Shown piece after piece: positions 27,690-39,920 of a stretch of DNA of 64,000 nucleotides (the stretch's first letter is position 1; each line of letters opens with the position of its first letter). The position numbers and the translations under genes are program-made. The stretch covers positions 39,308,001-39,372,000 of the forward strand of contig CM074512.1 in the NCBI GenBank assembly GCA_037379345.1. The letters are read 5' to 3'. Below the pieces are notes generated by a model. It searched no databases, was not told where the DNA came from, and worked only from the letters and a program-made list of their open reading frames with translations. The DNA is from Perna viridis. Lineage: Eukaryota.

Positions 27690-29920
27690 CTATAATCTAA
27701 ACATTCCAAAAGTTCCCATAGTCATTACAGGCTTCATATCAACATATTGAGGAAGATCTAAAGCTACCTTGATCTGACTACCTTCTTCGAGATACTCAAT
27801 CTTCTCAAGGGAGCTTACGATACTAATATAGTTATTATGTGATTCAAACTTGATCTTATTGGCTTCAATGCTTCTGTAACTATGGCCAGTATTGCTGTAT
27901 CTGAAGGCATGGTCTAAAACGTCGACTATAGGTACTGTCGAATTTACATAAGCATTAAATTCAACACGGCTATACAAGAAATATGGTCCACTCGATGGGA
28001 CAAATATCGATCCATCTTTTACCATAATTGCAGTAGTGTTTAAATTAACTTTCCAGTTCTTTAGACATTTCAATGTACCTAGTAAACATGAAAGATATAA
28101 ATAATTTAGTCGATATTTAAGCTTATTTTTCTTCGTTGTCTTCATCCGAAGTGCTGTTTTGTAATCATATTGCAAGTTAGATTTCTTAATTGCCAAAATG
28201 ATATTACTAAGTATCTCTCAGTTAGACTAAAATAATCGTTACTTTCAATTTTAAAGGAAAACTGTTTTCTGATTGAACAATATAACCTTCTCATTAACAT
28301 TATTTTACCTTGTGGTATGATGTATTATTTTATTAATTTATGGATTAAATTAATTGGACTTACAATATGATTAGTTTAAATTAATAAATATGTACAATAA
28401 TTTGAATGACTTGAAATTTAATTTAGTTATATTGCACTTAAAGCCCAAGTTTACTTACTAATATCTGTATCTGTGCATCTTTCAATAACAGTATTGTTAG
28501 AGGTGAGTTGGAAAGCTGATGATCCTAAGTCAGAAAAAAAGCATAACTTTATTTTGTTTATATACGATATTTTTTTTTATTAAATTAAAGAACTGACGCA
28601 AATAATTTATTTAGTGTGCACGTGCCACGTGATTAAGTATGTTTCTTCCTAAAAAGATAAATCTTACAGCTATTTCATGATGAAGTACGTATTTAAATAG
28701 AACAAGATTAAATAATAAATTGATATAAGACAAATCTGAGTGATAGAAAATGTGATAACAAAAATTTGAATATCTTCAAAGGAAACGATATAAGAGACGC
28801 TCAACATAAAATTTATACACGAATAAGAAAGTTGATCCTATGTTACTTTTGAGCTTAACTTACAAATTTAAAAATGCTTTCCTCAACAGTTAAATATCAT
28901 CTAACTGACTTACGTTTTGATTTTAGTCTTTGCTGAGAGGTTTCCAAGTACTAAAATGGATAAGATTTGTTTGATTGTAGAACCGAAATACTTTGTTCCA
29001 TGTCGACAGATATCTGTTCAGAAGTCCAGTGGTTTCATTTTTGGGTTAGGAACAGTTAAGATTTAACGAGCATAATGAATTTTTGAATGAAAACTTTGAC
29101 ATTCCGAAAATGAATGCATTACATATAATTGTTTGTCACGACGTTAATTCTATTTCATAGTATCATTCATTATTATTCTGATTACTTGATATCATAAGAC
29201 ATAAACAAATACAAAGTTAAACTTCACAATCGGAATATATTTTTGATACAAAAAGTAGCCTGTTGCCGTTTTTATTGAATCTATGATACTTTCAGCTTTG
29301 TCCAGTTGATTAAGGTCAGAAATAAACTAATAAGTTAATGTCCTTAACTTACATTCATTAGCTATTCTAATGACTGAAGTACAGATGAAACACGATTACC
29401 TCTAAGGAGTGAAAAGTGTCAAAGTGTCAAAAAAAAAGAAGGCCTGTCAACACAGTAGTGATTTTAATCAAATTCAATATAACAAGTATAGTAATGAAAA
29501 AAAAAAACAAAAAACAAAAAACAAATAAACAAACAAACAAACAAACAAAATGAAAAATGGATAACAAATATTTTGTTTTCCATTTGGAATATATACCTGA
29601 ATAAAAGAATCCGTTAGATCATCCAATGAGCATTTTTCATTGTGTGTAACATTGTAAACCATCTGTCCATTTCTGTAGAGTCTGTTCAATTTGTCCTTTA
29701 TAGAATAACACTGGACACTTGGAGAATATAAGCTTGCTTGTGTTAATTCAGTCTCTAAAGGTCTTGTTTCTGACAAACTTGGTACAGCCTTACACATACA
29801 AATAATCACTGCCAGTAATAGTATCGCATTCAGTACAAGCATACACAGAAAAATCTTTTTAAGTCCATCAAATTGTGTGTTAAAACTCGTCTCAGAATAT
29901 TTTGATTCAGGTGCATTCAT
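27690..29920 (-). CDS. TNF-superfamily ligand, divergent copy 4 (short cytoplasmic tail), ~271 aa
   Basis: Exons 29920-29597, 28950-28914 (37 nt), 28524-28459 (66 nt) and 28078-27690 join in frame (816 nt). TM IFLCMLVLNAILLLAVIICMC, SAFQL, GPYFLYSRV, FGMFRL. Confidence 0.9.
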
Positions 29921-30095
29921 CTTTGTTCTGGATTTCTAGTTCAAACTTCTTTATAGACTGCTGTGCCTAACATTTTCCCGCCTGCATTTAAAAAATTGTA
30001 ATATAAAAATACCGGTAAAAATCAAATACTTTTATTGAACAGTCGCCTTTTCCTTTTTTGACCTACATTTAGAAATATATGGTAAAAGAAAACTA

Positions 30096-30650
30096 TTGAC
30101 CAAACTTTACGACAAACGTGATGATTTTTCATTCAGCATTGTCAACTTTCCTTTCACCTGTAGCAACAACCCTTCAGCACCTGCGTATGGAGTGTTCATA
30201 TCACAACTCATACAATCTTACCGAAACTACGCAGACTTTTTGTATCGCACTATACTTCTAACAAATAGGCTTCTTGAACAGGGTTATGTTGCTACATGAT
30301 TGAACTCGTGGATCGCTATGGTGTATCCATCTGCGCCATGACAACTGATTTGTTCAACGTGTCATAGTGTTTCTTTCCTCTTTCGTCTACCCCGGACATG
30401 ACTTTTTATGAACAACTCGGCGGGTGTTTCTAGAAAAGCAGAGGACGCTTACCCTACCGGTGCACCTCGTCCATGCTCCCAGTTTTTAGTGGAGCCGAGT
30501 TTCTCATTTGCTTTTGTTACTTTGTATGCACGATTTTAGTTTCTTTATGTTCTTCGTTGTGTATGCCTGTTTTCCATGTCTGGTCTCTGTCCCTGGATTA
30601 CATTCTTTTGATTACCGCTATAACCTTGGTTTCCTTGATTACACTTTCCT
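30096..30650 (+). mobile_element. Penelope-like retroelement remnant (RT C-terminus plus 3' non-coding repeat)
   Basis: The translation LYDKRDDFSFSIVNFPF...PSAPAYGVFISQLI matches, from recall, the C-terminal RT/thumb region of abundant invertebrate Penelope-like elements. It is truncated and has deletions. Related pieces at 11.7, 16.4 and 47.8-48.8 kb. Confidence 0.75.
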
Positions 30651-32134
30651 ATGATATCTACTGGCTTTTTGGGAAAACACATTTTTGTTTGTTTTTAAAG
30701 TAATCCTTTACATTGAAAAACGTTAATTACACACAATATTTATCAGAATTTTTAAAAGGAACAAAAAATGAATCCGCTTACGTGTTTATTAGCTGTCAAG
30801 TTAAGGACGGTAGCTTCATATCTTATTCCTTTTAATAAATGCAGTTTAAATAGAAAAAGGAACATATATTGTGAAACGCAAAAACTTCACCATCGTATAA
30901 CCTCCATAAAATACTTACAGAGATCACCAAAAGTTCTTCAAGTAAGCCCTAGAAGGCCCCGACAATAAAAGTGATAAAAAACGATAACAGCAGGATGGCA
31001 TTTAATGCGTCAAATGACTATACGAGGAAACATTAATGACCAACATAGATAAAGCAAACCACTTACCCTCAGTTTTCATTCTAAAGTGAAGGAAGAAAAA
31101 TGTAGTTACATGTTCTCTAAAATTAGAATTGAATCAATAAAATTTATCAATAATTACATTTATCAATTGAATTCTTTAAATGCTTTGTTTATTGTACATG
31201 TAATCAGATAAGGTTTTACGAATTGAATGTTTTTTTAAGCATTCGTACAAGTTATGTATGGAATGTTAATCGTTGAAATGATTTGAGGAGTTGACAGCAT
31301 TTTCAATTACCTTTGAGTATTATCGGAATTACCTATATCACTGTCCGAGTATTTATGTTTGTGGTTTGAAAATTTAGTAGTTATTCAAAAATTCGTTCAG
31401 GAACAATAATTAATAAAATGCAGTATTTGTTACTTCAGTTTGGTAGCATTATAAATAGGCCAAATGTCTTGAATGTTTGATTATTTATTGCAGTATGCTA
31501 TATCTAAACCATACAGATTAAAATGTACTATAAGATTATTGTGTTCAAATTGGTCAGACAGTTATATTTTCTTGCCAAGATATATATTTTTTTTAGTTAA
31601 CATTTGATCATGTTCTGTAAATTAATAATTAATACCATATGAAATCTTATTAGATATTGTTAAAAAATTAAACCATTTTACTAATGAATAAAATATTTTA
31701 TGAGAAACATAAAGGCGTTTCCGAACAAGTTTTTTCAGCAGCGTCGTGTTTAATTGACGAAAACATCGATAAAACATTGAATAAGTTTTAATTCACATTG
31801 ATTTCATGCTAGCTTCTTTTATTCACTACATAGGCAATCGAACCAACTAATAAATTTGTTGTAAATTATAAAAATAAACACAAATGAAGAATAAAAAACA
31901 AGGAAAACATATAAACTAAATGGAAACTTAAAAACATAAAAATGCATTTGACTCAACTGGTAACTTTGGGTACAATTTATTTGCAATTCATCCTTCCTTC
32001 AAAACAGTATCCGCTGAATTATTTCAAATATTCATAACCTTTAAGAATAAAAACTAGGAAATTCAAGTTTTATGTGGTGACTGTATTCTCTATAAAAAAA
32101 CCGCTTAGTCGGTTTCGTTGTATCGTGTTACTCA

Positions 32135-32275
32135 GCTGAAGGCCGTTGGTCCGCTCATTGGCCGAGTCATAATGTGTTCGAGTGTGGTGGTATGCGACCG
32201 TCGGACTGTTGCTTTTGTGAGCTATTGCATTAATGATCCAGCTCACAGCGTATGACTAGTATGAGGCAGGTCTCT
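32135..32275 (+). mobile_element. Degenerate SINE body fragment (mollusc core-domain type); an inverse fragment lies at ~35945-36115
   Basis: ataatgtgttcgagtg...cggactgttgcttttgtgagcta...atccagctca...gactagta resembles, from recall, the abundant bivalve tRNA-derived SINE body. Family not verified. Confidence 0.45.
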
Positions 32276-33149
32276 TCGATTGATCGGTCCGCCTCACTCT
32301 TGAATGAATAAATAAAAAAGTTAAACAAGGCTACTAAATTCGAAATTACACGACCGCATTTTTTATGATATTTTACAAAGGACACATTCCCGTACCTGAT
32401 TTATCTTTGTCAGTAATATCTAAAGCATATATAGGCAAACAAATGTCATCAACTTTACTTTCGAATATTTAAACCTTAAATTTAACGGATTGATACTCGA
32501 CCATCTGTAGTACAATATATTAATAGAAAATGCAATGGCGATTTGGTAATTCTACGTAAACATGTACCACTGAAAGAAACCTCTAGTTCATAATGATATG
32601 GGGATAGCGTCGATGTCATGTACGTTTTCACTTTTCATTGGCGAATCAATTTGTTGAAAGAACATTTTCAATTTTTTTAGTATAAGACTATATTTGTACC
32701 GTTATGAGTCAAAACACTATTTGTTGGGACTTAATTAAGATTAAGTCATTCTAGGCTAGGATATCACAATGAACGAAACAAAAACATAATTGATTTCATC
32801 ATTTAACTAAATGACTTTGCCTCGTGATGGTGTGAAGTATAATGTAGTCACACTTAGAGCTAATAATTTAAATGCAAAGTATGAATCCCAAATCACCCGG
32901 AAAAATGGTAAAAATTTACATTTTATTTCAATGTGAAAACTAAAAGTAATTATGATTCAGCAGAAAATATCTGATCAATACTTCTGCTTAGAAGTACCGT
33001 AAAAAGTATCATGACTTTTTTCATACTAACAATGTATCCAAAACTGCTGAAACATGGTCTTCTAGTTTTGTATATCAGTGTGCCCTAATAATTCTAATCA
33101 TGAGATTCTTCATGCTTATAGCCGTTTTTGATTGCCCAAGAACGTCGTT

Positions 33150-33725
33150 GCCATATAGTTCATACATGCATGAACTTCGCCAGATCATTCATACATGCAT
33201 GAACGCCAGTCAACTTGAAACCAATATGGCGGCCGTGTAGTTCGGAAGAGTGTAGCAACGAAGTGAACGGCATGATATAGCCGTAAAAATAGTTTATTAC
33301 GTGCACATTGATTTTACCGGTCAAGTTTGTTTACAGAGAGTAATTTTCAGCTCGGGAAAGAAACTTATAACTGAGTCTGACTGAACCCTTGAAAACACCT
33401 TGTTATAATTTTCCTTCTTCCTTGTATTTCCTTAATTATATTCTTGTTGAATTGTTTACATCTCGTATTTTTCAATGCCAACTATCACTTCGTCCATGCC
33501 GCCTTCACTGTCGTTGTGCAGCCGATCATGTGTAAATACTCGTCCGCACTCCCATACGTGTGCAAAGGAATGTAAGTGTATTGAAGCGTTAAAACACAGT
33601 GTATCAATATAACCGACTGAGGCTCTCAGAGGGTAACTTTGACTGTCGGATAGAATTATAAGGATCGAACAGCTATTTTCGGTCGCTCATGCATGTATGA
33701 CCTAAAATAGCTGTTCAATCCTATA
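33150..33725. mobile_element. Non-autonomous element with terminal hairpin/palindromes
   Basis: Two ttcatacatgcatgaac copies at 33159-33204, and a ~65-bp hairpin ataaggatcgaacagctattttcggtc...gacctaaaatagctgttcaatcctata at 33658-33725 whose centre (catgcatgtatga) is their reverse complement. Locally raised GC. Confidence 0.55.
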
Positions 33726-34187
33726 ACTACTCAACATATTAATGCACGGCAAAAATGTATCACTATTTGGAGTCATTGGTTAGATAGTTATATTTTCACA
33801 ATTATTACACAAAGAACATGTATTTTCAACTCTACTCCTGTAAAATAGACCTTAATATGAAACAAAATGCGACTTTACAATATCACAACAATTATATCAA
33901 AATATCGCACACTTAGATGTAATATATATTCGCGGGACTCGAAGTCGTACCGATGTGACATCTATGGCAACACATTGATTATAATGAAATAAAAATATAT
34001 ACAAAATACTTAGTTAATGCTCTTGAACTTCAAATATAACGAGAAAACAAATACATAATATGCTAATTTGTAACGACAAAAAAAATTGCCGGTTTGTTAA
34101 CAGTAGTTATTTTGTCTTTTTAATATTGAGAACAGCCTTGCATCTTTTCAAACAAAACCACAAAAAAAATGTTTGATCACCACAACA

Positions 34188-37100
34188 TCATATCTGAAAC
34201 ATTCCAAAACTTCCCATAATCATTACTGGTTTCATGTCTACGTTTTGAGGAAGATCTAATGTAATCTTGATTTGGCCACCTTTTTCGAGGTATACAATCT
34301 TCTCGAGATAGCTTACAAGACTTATCAAGTTTACAATTGATTTGAACTTGATTGTGTTGGCTTTCAATGTTAATGTAATGAAGGGCCAGTGTTGCTCTAT
34401 CTCACATCATGTGATATAACGTCGACTTTTACTTCAGTCGAGTTTACATGCGCGTTAAATTCCATACGACTATACAAGTAGTAATGCCCAGTCGATGGGA
34501 CAATGATAGTTCCATCTTGGACCACAATTGCTGTTGTGTTAAAGTTTAATTCCCAGTGGCTAAGACACTCTAACGATCCTGGTAATAATAGAACATTTAT
34601 AATTTGATGAAAGCGCAGCTGTTCATCATATACAACTATCATTATTAAAACTTCCATCATAAAAGATTAATTCTATTGGATGAAATATAGTCACGTGACA
34701 TAGATTAATTAGAATATTTTTTTTTTGTTTTAATCGCAAGAAAGGTTGAATAACCCCCAAAATCCATGCCATCATTGAATAACCCCGCTTCAGAAATTAA
34801 AATTATAGAAAAATATGCCATCCATCGATCGGCGGTCTCATCTCTATGAACATCTAGTTTTGTAATGCTTGTAGGTTATCTCCCATAATAATAATTACGT
34901 CATTGTCGCCTGCACATAGTTATGGCGTCCAGCAAGTACCACGGTCGAATATTTAGATTCTCGTCCGGCAGAAAAGGACGCACTGAACACGAAAAGGGCT
35001 ACAAAAGCAGCACTACAATGTTTTTCCCAGTTTCTCTTCTCTATTGACCGGGAATTGAGATTTGAAACATCAGAATCGTTATATAAGGTGTTGGAAATAT
35101 AATATGGCGCTGTCAGGAAAAAGGAAGGTTCATTCTACAAACGGTCAGCTTTGAAAGAGTATACGATTTGGGCTGTCCAGGCGTTATCGGAAGGAAATGG
35201 ACTTTGACATTATTAAGGATGCCCTAGCACATTTGAAACCACGCTTTTTTTGTCCTTTGTTTGTTTGGTATGATAAAACAATTACGCCACTCTAATTCGG
35301 TAAATATCTAAAACTGTCAACCTCACTAAGGTTATTCCCCGCTGGCTAAAGCCCTCAGGGAAATAACCCAAGTTCGGGTTGACACTTTTGGATAGTCACC
35401 TCCTCAGATGGCCATAATTGTATACTGTAACTTGAACAATTCCATGGTGGCAAAATGGAATATAATTATGCATGTTATATTTTATGTGTAGTTTCTAAGC
35501 TATCAAACTGTTCATTTTAGTAATAAAATGCGATTCAAATATACATTTACAAAATTTTGACTGACGTACAAGGTAAATATGTTAAGGTATTAGAAACACA
35601 TTGTGCATGTTTTAAATCTGATGGCCCTGTACCGTTAGCAGTCTCACTTTGAAATGTTTGTCTAATCTTTTCCCAAATTTAGATCAGAACGCATAAAATT
35701 GAAGAATTAGTAAATCATATTATACCCAGGCCTGTATAATTACGGCCTTCTCTGCATCCTTCAGTGAATACACTGTCAGATGTTAGGTGAAAAGCTGAGG
35801 ATCCTGTGCGAAAGAAAGTTTTTTTTGTTACAAATTTGATTGATTTATTGATTGATTGATATCTATATACCCATCCATTCATCCATTTAAGTTCGAAAAT
35901 ATGTTTTAAATCAAACATTTCCTATTATGCACTAGTCGTACATGCTGAATCGGCGCTAGCTCTCAGAATGAACAGCCCACAGGGAGGTTAGACACCTGAC
36001 TCCGATACATTTCTGTACATACGTCAATCTGTCTTACATATGCGACGTGCTTGACAGAAAATCAGTGAATACTAATTATGAAGTTTTGGCTGGGGATCGA
36101 ATTTACGACGTCTCCCAACCACAGAAATCATGCCAACACGTACCAGATCACTAAAGTAATCCATTTGCTATAAAGATTTCTTTAGATTAAAATAAATTTT
36201 AAATAAGAATAGATATGGAAGTTATAAAATATACACACTTCCTAGGAAATACGAACAAATAAATCTGAATTTAACTTAAAGCTGCATTACCTGCCAAATT
36301 TGTTTAGTTTTGATTTTGCTGAATTGTACTGATTAAATGAAATAAGCTTGTAGTAATGCAATTGAAATACCAGCAGAATATTGTGAAACCACTTTTTTTA
36401 ATCAGAGAAGATCGATAGCCCTGATCTAATTAGTTTTCGCCATTATTTGCAAAGATTGCCGACAGGACATACACCTGGTTTAAAAATACCTTTCTCTTGG
36501 TAAAAAAAATAACAATAACGGATACACAGGTAAGCACATGTGTTGTTTTCATTTCACTTCATCTATTTCTTGATTAGTTTTCAAACAAATAATGACAATA
36601 TTTGAGCCATATCATATCACAACACATAAAGTTTTAAAGGATCCTAGCGTTATATTCGAACTTTTTTCTTTTACGGCTTGAGTCTATCGATCTTCCTTGC
36701 CGCTGAATAACCACTTTCGCTTTGCAATCAGATTTGTTATTAAAGAAGCGACCTTTACAACACATGCACGGATTAAGGTCACCAGAAGTCACATACATAC
36801 GCATTTATATAGGTCAATGTTTTGTCTTGCAAGAAACATATTTAATGTATTTAAGACATTTTATTTGTGGATATCAAATGAATTTATACAGGAAAAGTAC
36901 AATTTAGTAGAAATAATTCAAAATTAAGGTATATTTCAACAGACGCAAAAATTTACGAAAATGACAGCTAATGCAGCTTTAAATAGTAATAATAGTAATA
37001 AGCGAATCATCATAACAAACATTTTTATTTGCTTAACAGTTGATTTGATGTCCAACACACTTGTATACTGAGGTAAACTTGTTACCAGTCTGATCTTAAA

Positions 37101-38015
37101 AGACACAATATTCCTATAATATTTGTGACTTACGTTTCAATTTCTGTCTTTTCTAAATACTGATGTAATAAAAATGAATGACGATAGAATCTACATTGCA
37201 GGATTCTCCAATTATTTGTTTTATGGTTAGAAAGACACAACCAGCGTACGAGTACTAAGATAAACACAACTTTCATTATATTTCCGAAATCTATCTACAC
37301 AAAGTGTTTGCTTCTAAAGCAGAGAATTATAAAATCAACAATTCTAGTATAAATCTGCAGGTTTTCAGTGTTGGTAGTTTTCTGTTCAATTGTGCATTTT
37401 TGTTTATTACAGGTGTAGGTTATTGCCAAAATGCTTAACAAACGATACAAATACTAATAGCTATAGTGAGTTAATGAATTCTGAAATTTACTAAATAGGG
37501 CTTGTGCTTATTTATTGTGTGCAACATTGTTTATCATTTTATATGTATTTTGTCCTATACTGTTTCATATGAAGCTGCTAAATGAAAAAAATTCAAGAAT
37601 TTTAAATAATGGTATAACAAAACACCAAACTCGTTCGGGCCTCTAAAAAGTATATGGGAGTAAATGGGAAACCGGATATGAAAATACTTGAAGTTCAAAT
37701 GTACAAAAGTATTTTTATCTAAATACAGTACATAAAGTGTACTTTAATCTTTATATTATTGACCACTTGTCCATTTCTGTAAAGTTGGTGTAGCTTTTCT
37801 TTTATAGAATAGCACTGAATATCTGGATAATTAAAGCCATCTTGTGTTGATTTGATCTCCGAAGGATTTACTTCTGACATATTTGGTAGAATCATACCCA
37901 TGGAAATAATCACTACTAGTAAGAGTATTGCATTCAAAACCAGCATACACAGACAACTGAATTTTAGATTATCATGTTTCATGAGCAAATTCCTCTTCAG
38001 TGATTTTGATTCCAT
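34188..38015 (-). pseudogene. TNF-superfamily ligand pseudogene (copy 5, paralogue of copies 4 and 6)
   Basis: Exon 1 runs from 38015 but loses homology after NGQVVNNIK (no second stalk Cys, no homologous donor). Exon 2 (37167-37134) has its acceptor changed AG>AT and an in-frame TAG. Exon 3 (35803-35744) is intact. Exon 4 (34578-34188) has TAG at 34397-34399 and two +1 insertions (391 vs 389 nt), then ends FGMFQI*. Confidence 0.9.
36280..36978. mobile_element. Non-autonomous DNA transposon with TTAA target-site duplication (Kolobok-type MITE) in intron 2 of the pseudogene
   Basis: TTAA (36276-36279) + agctgcattacctgcca ... tgacagctaatgcagct + TTAA (36979-36982): 17-bp TIR with 2 mismatches. 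AG...CT ends with a TTAA TSD fit Kolobok rather than piggyBac (CC ends). Confidence 0.8.
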
Positions 38016-39920
38016 CTCCCTCCTATGGTATCTGGAAATTCTGTTTGATCTTGTGTATAAATTGCTGTTATTGACTTAGTATCAAATTCATGTACATTAT
38101 GTAAGCATTTCGTAAATTAATATGGTTTATGTGTTCAATCTTGTTCCTATGCATGATAGAAGAAATTTCGTATATATTTTTTTTTTTTTTTGATAAATTA
38201 CTACAAGCAGTTTTATTATTTGACCTATTATATTTCCTGTTAATAATTAAGAAAACAATATTTAAGAATATTAACAATATAAAGCATTATTTTCATCTAT
38301 AATTATGAACAATGTTTCTCGACTGTTTTGTCCCATTTGTACTATTTTATTGTATAAAATTTTGATTTGGTAACAAATCTGAATCTGAATTAGAATATAT
38401 TGACCAACTGAAACTTACTAAAACTCCATTACCATAATTATGATTGATTGTGAAGTATTAAAACTATTTTACTTCAAAGCAGGTAACAGCAGCAAAGGTC
38501 TAATTTGTAGGTCTACTAGTATTCAATTGAAAATATTAAATATATAGATCGTGATGAACGGTCTACATATTTTTTAAAATTTTGAATTTTTTCCTTTGTT
38601 CAGTCTGTCAGAGACACATTCGACAAATGATCTAGACAATATGGTTTACCAGGCCGATGCGTTTCTACAGACATTCTGAATACTTTAGTTATTCCCGCCG
38701 TTTTGCATTCTGCTAAATTGCGTTATGATATGCCAATATATATTCGTTTTGGTAAAATAAAACATACAGAATTTTTCTGTCATTTAAAACGTATAACAAG
38801 TTCAATTGAGTCCTTATTAAAGGAGCATCAAAAGAATGTAACTATATATTTTGTTAATACATATGTATGCTGTCATGCATTTTTCTCAGACAAAATAGGG
38901 ACATCCTCGTAGAAACAATTGGGTTAATGAATTTTTGCTTGAAAACTAAAACTCGCAATGCAATTTTGTTCACCAACAGTCCCTCTTGCATGGAAATCAT
39001 TCAAGGTAATACTCATGTCAAAATTGATTTCTAGTAAATTGATTTACAGATAAAACTTTATCATAATTTCAAACTCTGAATGTTTGTTGACAAAATATGT
39101 ATTTCTGTATCAATTTGACCGGTGTCCATGAAAGAAGATTCCTGTTAAAGGTTTGATCTACTTTAATTTATGTAGATTAAATCGGTTATTAGTAATGATT
39201 TAACATGTATTAAAACAGTGGTAATACAGACTTATTTATCGATAAGAAACGACTTTCACTTTCACACTTTTAAAAGAATTCTGATCAATTCGTCTGAGAG
39301 AGGTATATTAATGCCATGAGACACCGACAATATACATAATTGTAATTTGTAGGCATTGTCATTTTACCAATCGAGCTTAAAATATACCGGTATATACAGT
39401 AAGACAGAGGTTAATATCACGATCTTTTTCATTGCCATTGATATTATATTAATGCACAAATCAATCTGATAATAAAAGATCGTCGTATGTTTGAAAATAA
39501 TAAGATGTCCTTTCCAGCATGAAATGAACATACGATTATCTTTAATTAAAACAAGTGTTGTTGTTCTATTCAAGATTATTGGAAGAAAAAGCAAGACCAA
39601 ACTTCTAATAACATTATTTTATTTGTTATTTTTTCTACAATTTAGTAGTATGTCATTCCGATACTTTTTTTAATCGTTGGTCAATACGATCCTCCGTCTT
39701 TTTTTTATCTTTTGATCATTTTAAGTTTGAAATGAGACTGAGCGTCATGGCAAAACTATACAAATATGTATTAACTAAACAATCAAATATACTAATTGGA
39801 AACTAACTACTGTTGAAAAAAAAAAACAATAATCGACTGTTTTGAGACTGGTCTATGAAATATCAGTATGGCCAAATGTCAATATCCAATAATAGTCGGA
39901 AGATACTAAATGTTAAGAAA

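Noticed and set aside
30096-30650. Hammerhead ribozyme in the Penelope-like fragments, or an active element
   Set aside because: No CUGANGA...GAAA core with flanking stems was found by eye, and the RT is only a short deleted fragment.
27690-34660. N-terminal extensions of the THD ORFs 27690-28196 and 34397-34660 as standalone soluble proteins
   Set aside because: The extensions are intron sequence upstream of clear acceptors at 28078 and 34578.
13883-39265. Isolated NF-kB-like (gggaattttc, 13883) and IRF-like (actttcactttc, 39252; aaacgaaagt, ~20924) motifs
   Set aside because: Plausible for immune genes, but short AT-rich motifs occur by chance, TSSs are unknown, and positions are not conserved between paralogues.
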